Virus record (IMG/VR): IMGVR_UViG_2922401287_000007
Length of the DNA: 64,000 nucleotides
Strand: one strand, 5' to 3'
Origin: a virus
This document shows positions 1-10,784 of this stretch, in pieces. The position numbers and the translations under genes were made by a program. Every line of letters begins with the position of its first letter. The stretch's first letter is position 1. The notes beneath the pieces are model-generated. The model did not search any database. It was not told where the DNA came from and was given only the letters and a program-made list of their open reading frames with translations.

Positions 1-120
1 GAGGCCCTGCCATGGGCCGCCGAGATCAAGCAGCAGATCGAGCAAGGCGCGCAAGAGATCATCATCACCCTAACCGCCGACTCGCTGGAGCTGCAGCAGC
101 TCCCGAGCCGCAAGCATTGA
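1..120 (+). CDS. 3' end of a hypothetical gene upstream of the integrase (partial)
   Basis: Frame 1 is open (EALPWAAEIKQQIEQ...SRKH) to TGA at 118-120, which overlaps the integrase RBS. Confidence 0.5.
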   Translation, partial: EALPWAAEIKQQIEQGAQEIIITLTADSLELQQLPSRKH

Positions 121-131
121 GGAGCATCACC

Positions 132-1547
132 ATGCCGCAGAACATCACCAACAAGGACTGCATCGGCGAAGTGAAAAAGCGCGAAAAGATTTACGACGCG
201 GAATGCTCGGGCCTGTACGTCAGCCTGAGCCCCACCGCGCCGCCGACCTTCTCGCTCAAATACACTTGCCGGATCACCAAGCAGCGCGCCACCCAATGGC
301 TGGGCATCTATCAGAAAGGAGGTGAAGGCAGCCCAGCGCGCGACGTAGCCTATTGGCGCAGGGAAGCCATGAAGCTGAAGATCAGGATCGGCAACGGCGA
401 GGACATCGCGCAGGCCGCGCGGCAGGCGCATGACCGGCAGGCCAAGCAGCAGCTGACGGTCGGCCAGCTGATCGATCAGCGCATTGCATGGATCAGCGAG
501 GAGATCGAGGTGCGCCGCCACACCGAGGACGGCGTCATCATCAAGCGAAAGCCGCGCATGAAAGACTGGTCGAACATGGCCAGCCATCTCAATCGCTTCG
601 TGCGGCCTCGGCTCGGCTCGATGGTGGCGCGCGAGGTTACCAACGATGATATCGCGCAGCTGCAGGCCGACATCCTCGCGGGCACGCTGATCATCCGGAA
701 CGGCAAGGCCGCCAAGAAGGGCTCGGTCTCCAGCGCGCGGCATATGCGTAAGGCTGTCTCGGGGCTGTTCAACTGGGCGGCTGAAGCTGGCCGCAAGTAT
801 GTCAGCACCAGCCCCTGCGTGAATTTGCCGGCGCTGCCGCAGGAGGAGCCGCGCAAGCGCAAGCTGAGCCCTGACGAGATCAGGATTCTCTGGCATGGCC
901 TGGACCGGCCCGACATGCCGATTGATCGCCGCATCTGCCTCGCGCTGAAGTTCGCGCTGGCCTCGATGCTGCGCTCGGTCGAGATGCTGCACATCCATCG
1001 CGATGAGCTGGGCCGCGATGGCTTGGCCAGCAAGCTGCCGCTGGTGGTGATCCCCGAGGAGCGCGTGAAGAAGGGCCGCGAAATACATCAGCCGCTGAGC
1101 GATCTGGCGGTCGAGATCGCGAAGGAAGCGAAGGGCAATTACCCATGGCTGTTCGCGGGCCGCTTCGGCACCGAGCCGCTGAACCGCAAGGCGATGGCCT
1201 GCGCGCTGCGCGGCAAGACCAAGCTGGTAAAGGGAAAGGTGGTGATCCAGAGCGAAGGCATCTGCCGCATGCTCGGGCTGAAGCCCTTCACGCCGCATGA
1301 TCTGCGGCGCACCGCTGCCAGCCTGATGGGCAACATCAAGGTGCCGCGCTCGATTATCTCGCTCTGTCTCGACCACACTATCAAGAGCGACGAGCATGGC
1401 GATGTCTCGCCGATCACCGGCAAGCACTACGATCAGGACCCCCGCATCGCCGAGAAGCGCGAGGCCCTGCAGCTGCTCGCCGATGAGATCAGGCGCATCG
1501 TCGCCGAGCCCGTGCAGGCGCAAGAGGAGATGAAGCGCGCGGCCTGA
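132..1547 (+). CDS. int: Tyrosine recombinase / phage integrase with N-terminal arm-binding domain
   Basis: GAGGAG RBS before ATG 132; catalytic residues in LRSVE, VKKGR, HDLRRT, LDH and KHYD. Confidence 0.93.
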   Translation: MPQNITNKDCIGEVKKREKIYDAECSGLYVSLSPTAPPTFSLKYTCRITKQRATQWLGIYQKGGEGSPARDVAYWRREAMKLKIRIGNGEDIAQAARQAHDRQAKQQLTVGQLIDQRIAWISEEIEVRRHTEDGVIIKRKPRMKDWSNMASHLNRFVRPRLGSMVAREVTNDDIAQLQADILAGTLIIRNGKAAKKGSVSSARHMRKAVSGLFNWAAEAGRKYVSTSPCVNLPALPQEEPRKRKLSPDEIRILWHGLDRPDMPIDRRICLALKFALASMLRSVEMLHIHRDELGRDGLASKLPLVVIPEERVKKGREIHQPLSDLAVEIAKEAKGNYPWLFAGRFGTEPLNRKAMACALRGKTKLVKGKVVIQSEGICRMLGLKPFTPHDLRRTAASLMGNIKVPRSIISLCLDHTIKSDEHGDVSPITGKHYDQDPRIAEKREALQLLADEIRRIVAEPVQAQEEMKRAA

Positions 1548-1552
1548 GCGAA

Positions 1553-1568
1553 TATGCGGAAAGTGACA
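1553..1568. promoter_or_regulatory. TATGCG-N4-GTGACA motif, copy 1
   Basis: TATGCGGAAAGTGACA; same motif at 22275, 50732 and 58661. Confidence 0.55.
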
Positions 1569-1594
1569 TAGCTAAAAAAGTTAGCTGATAAGGC

Positions 1595-1625
1595 CTCGCT
1601 CCGGTTGATCCGGGGCGAGTTTTTT
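1595..1625 (+). terminator. Rho-independent terminator after int
   Basis: CTCGCTCCGG-TTGAT-CCGGGGCGAG hairpin followed by T6. Confidence 0.8.
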
Positions 1626-1666
1626 GTTGGCATCGGGTTCTGGGGCGCAGCGAGGTCGGTGCGAGA

Positions 1667-2148
1667 ATGCATCCGATGCTGCAGCCGATTTTTCCGACCA
1701 AGCTGGCCATCGCTTCAGGAGCCCTGTGGTGCGCGTGGACGGTCGCCGCTGCTTGGTCCATACCGGCCAAATTTCCTCATCAGCGCCTGCGGCTGCTGAT
1801 CCGCCGCCGCCAATTCCGGTGGTTGCTCGCTCGGATCGCCTGCCGCTGCCGCAGGCCTTCGATGATCGCTGGCGGGCTCCAGCCCCAGCTGTGCAGCATG
1901 CGATCATGGCTGAAGAGCCCCAGATCAAGCCAGATAAGGCCAGTGGGCCTCGCTTGAAGCCAAGGCATGCCAAGCGCCATGCTGATCGCGTATGCGGCAG
2001 CAAGGGCCGCCACCATTTCCGCATCGGGCGGCGTAATTCCTGCTTTGCCGCAGCGAGGGATAATCACACGGGGCCACAACCTGCCGCCCATCTTATTGTT
2101 GAGGAAAACAGCTGGCGAACGCTTTACAGCTCGCTGCGCGATCAATAA
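1667..2148 (+). pseudogene. Probable frameshifted small exported protein
   Basis: Signal-peptide-like N-terminus (LAIASGALWCAWTVAAAWS) in one frame; Pro-rich body and basic Cys-containing tail in another; shift near 1765. Confidence 0.3.
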
Positions 2149-2322
2149 CTTTCTTACAACCTTTGAGAGGTCGGAGAAGTTGACTGAGCGCGGACGCGCT
2201 AAGGCGATAGCCGAAGCTGGTAAGAAAATCCCTCGGCTTGAAAGAGCTGTGCCGGTTCGATTCCGGCCGGCCGCACCGATTTTCGTTATCGAAATTCATT
2301 TCTATTCTAGACATTAATAGTC

Positions 2323-3484
2323 ATGGAGTTCATCGACCTCGACCGATATTTCGTACCGCTAAAAGCGGACCAGGAGCCTAGACTCGATATCGGCCGCTTT
2401 GGGGACCTCAATTAAGCGGCTGGCTTGGTTGGGAAGAACTGCGACGCCGCCGCCGCATCATTTTGCTCGCCGAAGCCGCTAGTGGAAAAACAGAAGAGTT
2501 CCGTTATCAGTGCGAGGCTCTGAGAGCGGCGGGCCATCCGGCGTTTTTCTTTCGGATCGAGGAGCTTGCAGAGCAAGGAACGGAAATAGCCTGCACAGGG
2601 AAAGCACAGAGCTTTTCGAGGCGTGGCGAGCTGGCCCGAACCCAAGAGATCACGCACAACATGCGCGTGATGCCATTTTGTCGGCACTCTTGGCACGACC
2701 GGGTGCCGATGCTTACCACGCGATGCAACGGCTCGCGGACGACCCCGTCTTCGCCTTGCGTTCCCATCGCTTTCACGAGCTAGCGCGCGGGAAGGCCGAG
2801 CGCGACGCCGAAAATCCCGCGTGGACCGCGGCGGAAGTCGTCACCTTCGAGCGGCAATTCACGGCGCCCGTCAAAACGGGTGAGGATCTGCTGCGCCTCG
2901 TCATGGGCGTCCTTGCCGATATCGCCCAGAACCTGACAAAGGGCGACGCCACGTCGCGCGCCCTGCTGGAACGCGCAAAGGACGAAGAGGAGGTCCAACA
3001 TTGGCTGGTCGAGCAAATGAACGCGCGCGCTCACGGCCGCTTTCATGCTTTCCGGGAAGCCGAGGTCGCGTTAGGCCACAAGCCGGATGTCATTGCCGCT
3101 TCCACCTCCGCCCCGTGTCAAGTGGCGGTTGAAATCAAGCACGGCGGCAAGAGCTGGTCCGCGCGCGATCTCGAAAACACCCTGCGGACGCAACTCGCGG
3201 AGGATTACCTCAAAGAGGAAAGCCGACGTCATGGCGTTCTCGTTATCACTCACCATCGAGACCGCCGCTGGCAACGCATCGGCGATAACAAGCCGATTTC
3301 CTTTTCCGACCTCATCGCATGGCTATCCGGTATCGCGGCGACGATCACGGAGAATGCCGTAGGCCAGATCAGCGTGCAATGCGCTGGCATTGATGCATGG
3401 AAGAGAGATACCAGCGCCGATCCTCCGAAGGCAACTGAAGCAAAAGCCAAATCTCGCGACAGGCGGCGGCCCGTGGCGTCTTGA
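2323..3484 (+). pseudogene. Remnant of a NACHT/STAND-type ATPase with C-terminal PD-(D/E)xK nuclease-like domain
   Basis: Walker A-like IILLAEAASGKT; frameshifts at ~2400 and ~2590; no Walker B before a jump to a C-terminal E...PD...VEIK segment. Confidence 0.6.
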
Positions 3485-3950
3485 TAGCGTAGGATTTGAT
3501 CCGGCAGCTGGCGGGGAGAAATTCTCGGGAGCTGTACGGTCAACTTCGGGCAGGTCGTGCAGGATGGGCCGCCGCGCCAGTCCGTTGAATTCACCTACAT
3601 GATCATGCCTGCGGGGTTCACCATGCCTGAAGTGCACTTCACTTGGCCCGGCGTCATCATGACTATGACGCCGACTCCGATGAAGACGGAATTCCCGGAC
3701 GCGGGCCACCTGTTCAAGGCCGAGAACCTTCCTTCCCTAAGCCTTTCGCTGGAAGTCACGCGCGGTCAGTTTTCCGACATATAACAATCGGTCCCGTCCA
3801 ATTCTCGGCGCGCAACAGAGCGGCGACATCAAAAACAGCCAGCGCAGCTAAGAACCCAACTGAGGCGGGCCTCCCGCCGGGGTTTCGGCTCGTGTAAAGC
3901 AAAACGGACCACTCCAAAAATCAAAAGGGGCCACTGAAGTTTAGTGGGGA

Positions 3951-4013
3951 TGGAAAGGGGCCAGCACCCGGCCACGAGCCGTCAGTTCCGTCCTCGACGG
4001 TGAACTGAAGGTC
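3951..4013. repeat. Two-box diverged repeat, copy A
   Basis: TGGAAAGGGGCCAGCACCCGGCC-N28-GAACTGAAGGTCC. Confidence 0.6.
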
Positions 4014-4445
4014 CTTCAGGCGATTCCCCTCCAGCATCCTCAGCATTGGAATAATCCAACTGGTTGCCGTCATCGTAATGGCTAACCGTTGCCGCGTTGA
4101 TGTAGTTGCGCCCCTGATCGACAAGCCAGTCCGCATGATACCGAAATTCAGAGGCGGCAAAGACTAATTAACGGTGGCCTGTTTTGAAATGGCGAGTGGC
4201 CTATTTCGGCCAGTACCCAAGGCCTAGCCCGCCAATCCGACGAACCGAGGATCAACAATAACGCCCTTTGCTGGCACAATCTTCTCACCCGCAAAGGGCA
4301 AGAGCAGTTCGAGTTGATCCTTGTCCTTCCGCTTGAGGGACGGGGTGAGTTTCCTCTCCGGCTGCGGCAAGGGCGGCAGTTTCGGCATCCTCCCAGCAAG
4401 CATATCTTCGATTGTCAGAATCTGAATGCGAGGCATTCGTCCGTG

Positions 4446-5863
4446 GAGCTATCGCCAAATTTTGGTGACGGCCGGGGCCGGTCAGGCGGCGGCGGTTGTG
4501 GGTTGACGGTCGGTCGGTTTAGCGATGACCTCGATCCCGTCGGAGAATGTCACACCGAGAACGAGTTTTGGCAACTGGTTGTGACCGTCGAGACGGCGCC
4601 AGCTTTTCTGCGCGCCCTCGACCAGTTTGAAGACCATCGCGAGCGCGGTCTTGTTGGACAGGCAGCCCTTCGATCTGATGGTGCGGTGGCGCACGGTGGC
4701 GAAGGTGCTTTCGATGGGGTTGGTCGTCCGCAGGTGCTTCCAGTGCTCGGCCGGGAAGTCGTAGAAAGCGAGCAGCGTGTCTCGATCCTTGGCCAGGCAG
4801 TCGGCCGCCTTCTCGTATTTTAGCGTGTAGCTCTCGATGAAGGCTTCGAACGCCAGTTCGGCAGCGACCTTCGTTTCGGCCATCCAGATCTCCTGCAACG
4901 CGCGTTTGGCCTTCTGCTGCTGGCTCTTCGGTAACTTGGCGAGCACGTTGGCGGTTTTGTGCACCCAGCAGCGCTGCTCGCGCGTTTTCGGCCAGACCTC
5001 GCCAGCGGCCTTCCAGAACCCGAGTGCGCCATCGGCGATGACGAGCCGCGGGGAAGCATCGAGCCCGCGCCGCTTCAGATCGAGCAGCAGGTCGCGCCAG
5101 TCGTGCGCACTCTCGCGGGCGCCATCGGTGAAGCCGACCAGTTCCTTGCGGCCTTCCGGCGTCGCGCCGATCAGCACCAGGATGCACTGCTTTTCGTCCT
5201 CGAGGCGGGCTTCGAGATGGATGCCGTCGGCCCAGATGTAGACGTAGCGCTTCGCCGACAGATCGCGCTTCTGCCACGCGGCGTGCTCGTCGAACCAGCC
5301 GTCCTTCAGGCGGCCGATGGCCGATGCCGACAAGCCGGCAGCATCCTTGCCGAGCAGCGCCGCCAGCGCCTCGGAGAAGTCACCGGTTGAGATGCCCTTC
5401 AGATAAAGGATCGGCAGCAGCGTCTCGATCGACTTCGAGCGGCGCATGTAGGGCGGCAGGATCGACGGCGAGAACCGGATGCGGCCGGGATCGCCGGCGG
5501 CGGCCGCGCGGTCGCGCACACGCGGCTGGTGAACGGTGACCGGACCGATACCGGTCATCACCTCGCGTTCCGGCAGGCGACCGTGGCGGACGACGCGCTG
5601 GTGGCCGTCCTGGGTCTTCAAATCGGCATGCTTGTCAAGAAAGTCCGCGACCTCGGCCTCGACTGCCTTGGCGAGCAGGGCACGGGCTCCGTTGCGCAAG
5701 ATTTCGGTGAGTTGATCGTCGAAGAATCCTGGCTGAATCAGCTTGATAACGTTATCGTTGGACACGGCATATCGCTCCTTCGGTGGAGAAGTGGAGGCGT
5801 CAAGCACCCCCACGATATGCCGCCTTCCCGATTCCCGCCGTCACCAACTTTCGGCTATAGCTC
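4446..5863 (-). mobile_element. IS256-family insertion sequence
   Basis: 27-bp imperfect IRs (GAGCTATCGCCAAATTTTGGTGACGGC); 9-bp target duplication TCGTCCGTG at 4437-4445 and 5864-5872. Confidence 0.95.
4482..5765 (-). CDS. IS256-family transposase
   Basis: YVYIWADG, VIADGALG, QRCWVHK and RTTNPIESTF motifs; likely GTG start at 5765. Confidence 0.93.
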   Translation of the reverse strand: MSNDNVIKLIQPGFFDDQLTEILRNGARALLAKAVEAEVADFLDKHADLKTQDGHQRVVRHGRLPEREVMTGIGPVTVHQPRVRDRAAAAGDPGRIRFSPSILPPYMRRSKSIETLLPILYLKGISTGDFSEALAALLGKDAAGLSASAIGRLKDGWFDEHAAWQKRDLSAKRYVYIWADGIHLEARLEDEKQCILVLIGATPEGRKELVGFTDGARESAHDWRDLLLDLKRRGLDASPRLVIADGALGFWKAAGEVWPKTREQRCWVHKTANVLAKLPKSQQQKAKRALQEIWMAETKVAAELAFEAFIESYTLKYEKAADCLAKDRDTLLAFYDFPAEHWKHLRTTNPIESTFATVRHRTIRSKGCLSNKTALAMVFKLVEGAQKSWRRLDGHNQLPKLVLGVTFSDGIEVIAKPTDRQPTTAAA

Positions 5864-7566
5864 TCGTCCGTGAGCGGATTTTGCTACAAACCCAGCGTCC
5901 CGTGCTTCTTTCAGCATTGCTGAGGTGGGTTGAGCCAAGCAAACAAACACGCCCATTTCAGCATCTTCCCGATCAATGACTCCGAGCAAATCACGGACCA
6001 TTTGGACGCCGACGTTTTCCCCTCCCTTCACCGAAATGATAATTCGACCATCTCCGTAAGGACCGTTCTTGAAGAGAATGTTCCCGTCAATGCCACGATC
6101 GGCACCCATCTTTTCCTCACGATAGGTCTGGGCGCCAACTCGCCATGCAGCCCACCATTGAAATTGATGTTTGTCCCGCCGCGCTAGGTCGCGGGCGCTC
6201 GCCAAATCTTCCGGGCGACCGGATACCTTGAACGAAGCATTCGCATTTTTTGCCCTCAATCGTGCTTCAATTTAGCGTAATAGCGTAGTGCGTTACGTCG
6301 ATGCCAATCCATTTCCGCCCAAGTCTCTCTGCCGCCTCTACAGTGGTGCCGCACCCGCAAAATGGATCTAGGACAACGTCACCTGGATTGGAAGAAGCGC
6401 TTATAATCCGCTCAAGAAGAGACAGCGGCTTCTGTGTGGGATAACCCAAGCGTTCCTGAGCCTGTGAGTTTATGGCGTCGATGTCAGTCCAAACATCCTT
6501 CAATGGCACGCCCGGGGCATCCGAAAGGAATTGTTTGTACCGAGGAAACCCGTTGTTTTTCGGCCAGTAGATCAGCCCCACGCGGTCGAGTTCGTCGAGG
6601 CGCTTCAGAAAATCGAAATCGCTTAGTTTCTTGCCAGTTAGATGCTCGTACTTCGAATACAAATACGATGCGGGCTGCCAATGCCGACCTTGGTCTGTAG
6701 GGTTGAATTTTCGCCACGCAGCGCCGCTGGGGCCGGTACGGGTTCCGGGTCCAGTTAATGCTACGTCCTGAAAGCCCTCCCCGGTCGCCGCGTCGACCTT
6801 TCCGAATTTTTTCTTATAGTCGTCGCTATAATCCTGCCTCAGAGCATTCCAAGTCGCCTCATCGGACTTGGTGTAGTAGAGCAGCACGTCATGAACCGGC
6901 CCGAACCGCTTTGCCGAATTATGTGAGCCGGTGCGCTTCCAAATGATTTCATTCCGGAAATTTTCATGACCGAAAACGGCATCCAGCAATATCTTGAGGT
7001 AATGGCTGGCGGTCGCATCACAGTGTAGATAGAGCGATCCCGTTGGCTTCAGTACGTCCCGCAATTCTAGGATTCGCGCGGCCATCATGGCCAGGTACGC
7101 CATCATAGCGTTCTGGCCAATCCAGCTTTTCATGCCTTTCAAGGCAAGAGCGATGTCGCCAGATGCCCGCATGACATCTTCATAAGAGTCTGCTGCGGCA
7201 TCTCCCCACTCCCACGTATCCCGAAACGCTTCGGCTTGGGCTTGGGCGGCGACGCCGGACGGCTCTTTGAAAAGAAGGCTATAAGTGGCGTTGGAATTGA
7301 AGGGAGGGTCTAGATAAACAAGGTCGACCGACTCGGGGTTAATTCGATCCCTGAGCACAGGAAGGTTGTCGCCGAAATAGAGGCGATTACCAGACGCGAT
7401 ACTAGACTTTGCCACAACAGAACCCCCGTCCCCACACGGGAGCCAACGTTCGGGCACAACCTCAAAAGGTTCCGTAAAGCGTTTGGGATCAATCCCGGCA
7501 TAGTTACCATCAAATGAACAGTGGTCCCTTTCACTCATGGCCTGTGGCCCCTTTTAGGTAAGAGGC

Positions 7567-7632
7567 TGGCAAAAGGGACCAGCACCCGGGGCCGGTACGC
7601 AGCTGGGGAATGACGGGCAGAACTGAAGTTCC
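7567..7632. repeat. Two-box diverged repeat, copy B
   Basis: TGGCAAAAGGGACCAGCACCCGGGGCC-N26-GAACTGAAGTTCC, same orientation as copy A. Confidence 0.6.
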
Positions 7633-7675
7633 GCGGTGGCAGTGGTCGAGTTTGTCGCAAACGGCCTGCCCCGGA

Positions 7676-9214
7676 GTCCGCCGTGAAGAACGCGAACGAG
7701 GGCTGATTTAAGCGATCTTTTGAGCCGGGACAGTTTCGGCGAAGGCCCGGATGATGGCACGCAAGAGTTCTGCGAGCCATCGCAGGAGCAGGCCGAAGTT
7801 GTAGCCGGCCGCGGCCAGGACGGCGTTGATGCGGTCGCCGACGCGGCCTTTGAGATAGTTGCGGTCCATGCGGTGCTCGGCCTTGACGTGGCCGATGACG
7901 GGCTCGACAGCCGCACGACGGTTCATCTCGCGCCGGATGGAAGCCGTGACGCGTCGAACCTGACCCGAGATCCAGACCCTGAACCGATGCGGGTAGGTGT
8001 GGCCGCGGTACCCTTTGTCGACATGGATACGGCGAGCCTTCACGCCGGTGAGTTTCTCCATGTCGGCGACCACGGGGCCGAGCGTGTGGCCGTCGAAGGG
8101 ATTGCCGTGCAGCGCCTTGGCATGGAGCACGAACTGTCCGCCCTTCGGGGACGTCACGGGGGTGGCGATACTGACCTTGCAGCCGAACTCGTAAGGTGCG
8201 CGGGCTTTGCCCTTGCCGATGCATTCGACCTCCGGCGCATGCAACGCATAGACCTTGGGCCCGCGCTGATGCTGATCCCGGCTGCGCACCCGCTGCGCCA
8301 GATCGAGCAGTGGGCCGAAGCGCGCTTCCAGCGCCGCATCGCCATCAATCTTGCGGCGGATGTCGCGGATGATCCGGCCAAGCCGCGTCCGCAGGAACTT
8401 GAGCTGGCGTCGCGCACGCTTGAACTGGTGAGCGTGGGTATAGCGGCCGACCATGATGGCGGCGCGCTTCGCCAGGCGCAGATAGCTCTGGCGCAGCGGC
8501 ACACGATTGCGCTTGGCGAGCCCAACAAGCTTGGTGATGGCCCGATGCATCAGCCGCGCGTCGGTCGGATGGGCAACGGCCTTGGGCTGCACCGTCGTAT
8601 CGACCACCACCCGCTCCAGGTCCTTGGGACCGATGGCGCCAGTCTTGTGTGCCACCGACAGACTTTCCTGGATCAACGCGACGAGCTGCTCCTCGCCGAG
8701 CCGCTGGCGCCAGCGCGTCATCGACGATCGATCGAACGGCAGACGGTGGCAGAAGCTCAACTCGCCGCAGAAGTATTGGTAGTAGGGATTCTCGATCCAG
8801 CGGGCGCACAGCACCTCATCCGACAGATTGTGCATGTGCTTCAGAATGAACAGGCCGGCGACAAGCCGCGTCGGCAGGCCTGGTTGCCCCGGACCGATCT
8901 GGCACACCGAACCAAAGCGGTCATCCAGAAACTTCCAGTCGACCAGCGCCGCCAACCGCACCAGCGGGTGGCCCATGTCGATGATTTGATCGAGCGCCGG
9001 AAGCAACAGGTCTTTCTGGCGATCATCCCGCGGTTTGCTCATCGCCGTCCCCAATGCCGATGACCCGCCGTCAGGGAATCACGAATCGCTCGAAAGCAAA
9101 ATCCCAAAACGCAAGAAAGCGCGGCCCAACACCCGGCTTTCCTGCAAAATCGAATACTTTATCGAGACAACTTATGCCTATGTCTCAAGCCGATCTGCAT
9201 TCTTCACGGACGAC
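7676..9214 (-). mobile_element. IS5-family insertion sequence
   Basis: IRs GTCCGCCGTGAAGAA / TTCTTCACGGACGAC; 6-bp flanking direct repeat CCCGGA at 7670-7675 and 9215-9220. Confidence 0.9.
7708..9042 (-). CDS. IS5-family transposase
   Basis: VVVDTTVQPK, HVDKGYRG and RRAAVEPVIGHVK DDE motifs. Confidence 0.93.
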   Translation of the reverse strand: MSKPRDDRQKDLLLPALDQIIDMGHPLVRLAALVDWKFLDDRFGSVCQIGPGQPGLPTRLVAGLFILKHMHNLSDEVLCARWIENPYYQYFCGELSFCHRLPFDRSSMTRWRQRLGEEQLVALIQESLSVAHKTGAIGPKDLERVVVDTTVQPKAVAHPTDARLMHRAITKLVGLAKRNRVPLRQSYLRLAKRAAIMVGRYTHAHQFKRARRQLKFLRTRLGRIIRDIRRKIDGDAALEARFGPLLDLAQRVRSRDQHQRGPKVYALHAPEVECIGKGKARAPYEFGCKVSIATPVTSPKGGQFVLHAKALHGNPFDGHTLGPVVADMEKLTGVKARRIHVDKGYRGHTYPHRFRVWISGQVRRVTASIRREMNRRAAVEPVIGHVKAEHRMDRNYLKGRVGDRINAVLAAAGYNFGLLLRWLAELLRAIIRAFAETVPAQKIA

Positions 9215-9656
9215 CCCGGAAACGCCACTTCCTGGAAGCGGAAGGTGTCACGTTGCGTCTACGGGTCGGCATTGCCACGCTGACGGTGACAGACGCCCAG
9301 GGCAACGTGATCGAGCCGCCACAGGCACCCTCCAAGGCTCAGCAATGGATGCGGGCAGCGGCGCTGGAACCGGAATCGGGAGTGCCCTGCGCTACTTGGA
9401 GGGTAAGCCTGGCTGGTTGAGCTGTACAAAGCTTACGAGGCCGTCCGCGATATGCCCAATAGAGGCATATCTAAAGTTGAGATCAAGCGATTTACTCAAA
9501 CGGCCAACGCTGGAGAAAAACACCATCCCAACCAGACAATCAAGCCCCACAAGCGCCCGATGGAGTTATGGGAGGCCCGTGCCTTTATAACCCAGTGGGT
9601 GTCGTCCGCGATTGACGACATTCTTGCGAAGAACCCGATGTGAGGCGGGAATCTGC

Positions 9657-10784
9657 ATGTATTGCTTCATCGATGAAAGCGGAAACACAGGGTTGGAGCT
9701 ATTCGACCCGAACCAGCCAACCCTGTACTACGGCCTGCTTACCGCTCAAGCGAACCTTGACGTGGTGGCGGAGCCGCTGCTGAAGGAGCTGCGCCAAAGT
9801 CTCGGCGTTAGCCGAATACACGCAAACGAGCTTGGCGTTGGGCGGCTTACCACTATCGCGGAGAAGTTGATCCGCTTCAGCAAAAAGAACGATCTGCGCT
9901 TTTCGCTTTTGAAGGTCATCAAGCCTGATCACGCCATCATTTGCTTTTTTGATCAGGTTTTCGACTCAGGCATGAACAAAGCTGTTCCGTGGCATCACTA
10001 CTTCACGCCCTTGCGATACGTTCTCGTTTTTAAGGTTGCGCACCTATTTGATGAGGCTCTTGCCAAGAATGCCTGGAAGGCCCGTCGGGAGCGAAATACG
10101 GCGCGCGCCGCGCAGATGCTCACCAAACTCTGCCATGATCTCCTGGCGCGAGTGGACAGGCTGCCCGACGCTCGATCCCGAGAGCTTATTTCGGGCGCGC
10201 TCGGATGGGCCGCCGAAAATCCAGACGAGATCAGCTACGGAGTTGGCAACTACGACAGCGCCTTGCAGATATCGCCAAACCTCATCGGTTTCCAGCAAGT
10301 TCTGTATACAATCGCTGCTCAATCCACCGCGCGTAGACGAGCGGTGAGGAAGATCACTGTGGACCGCCAGACCGAGTTCAACAGTGCGCAAGGCGAACTG
10401 GCTGACTGGTATCAAAAGCTGCGCGGCCATACGACCAGTATGGGCCCCGGTATGCCAACATTCGACTATTCGCAGATGCCCGCGGTGCCGCCGACTTTCA
10501 CTCCCGGAGACGCCAGCGCGGGTCTCGAATTAGTGGATATCACGTTGTGGATAGCCAAGCGCCTTCAGGAAGAAAAGCCAATTTCAGAAGAGCTTGCAGA
10601 GCTCTTCTGGACGCAAGCGAAACGGGGGCTGACGGATGAAGTGTCGCTGGCCGGGATGGACAAGAGATGGCGTCATCTCCTGTATCTTCCTGAACCGGAA
10701 ACGCCCTTGCCTGCCGAGTTGCAGAAGCATTTTGACGAGCTGGAGGAGCGGCGGAAAAGGGAGGTCGCTAGCCTTGCCCGCTGA
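9657..10784 (+). CDS. DUF3800-like (RNase H-fold) protein
   Basis: N-terminal YCFIDESGNTG and late GLELVDITLW motifs; intact 375 aa. Confidence 0.7.
   Translation: MYCFIDESGNTGLELFDPNQPTLYYGLLTAQANLDVVAEPLLKELRQSLGVSRIHANELGVGRLTTIAEKLIRFSKKNDLRFSLLKVIKPDHAIICFFDQVFDSGMNKAVPWHHYFTPLRYVLVFKVAHLFDEALAKNAWKARRERNTARAAQMLTKLCHDLLARVDRLPDARSRELISGALGWAAENPDEISYGVGNYDSALQISPNLIGFQQVLYTIAAQSTARRRAVRKITVDRQTEFNSAQGELADWYQKLRGHTTSMGPGMPTFDYSQMPAVPPTFTPGDASAGLELVDITLWIAKRLQEEKPISEELAELFWTQAKRGLTDEVSLAGMDKRWRHLLYLPEPETPLPAELQKHFDELEERRKREVASLAR

Larger units (their letters stand above)
4224..7538 (-). pseudogene. N6-adenine/N4-cytosine DNA methyltransferase fused to Mrr-like restriction endonuclease; frameshifted and IS256-interrupted
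   Basis: YLDPPF and DPFCGCGTT motifs; +1 shift at ~6272 (ITL/IEARL); removing the IS restores AKSAHGR-MPRIQILTIEDML. Confidence 0.85.
7636..9643 (+). pseudogene. HEPN-like protein split by IS5 and frameshifted
   Basis: Removing IS5 gives VVEFVANGLPR-KRHFLEAEG...; two -1 shifts (~9375, ~9415) give ALRYLEGKPGW.ELYKAYE...RFTQTAN...PMELWEARAFI. Confidence 0.5.

Noticed and set aside
3557-3784. 75-aa ORF after the NACHT remnant
   Set aside because: No clear RBS or recognisable motif; may be a fragment
7720-9063. Long antisense and alternative-frame ORFs (e.g. 7720-9063, 13422-14570, 39256-40632, 41889-43838, 43848-45110, 58715-59347)
   Set aside because: They shadow well-supported genes in GC-rich DNA and have no recognisable motifs
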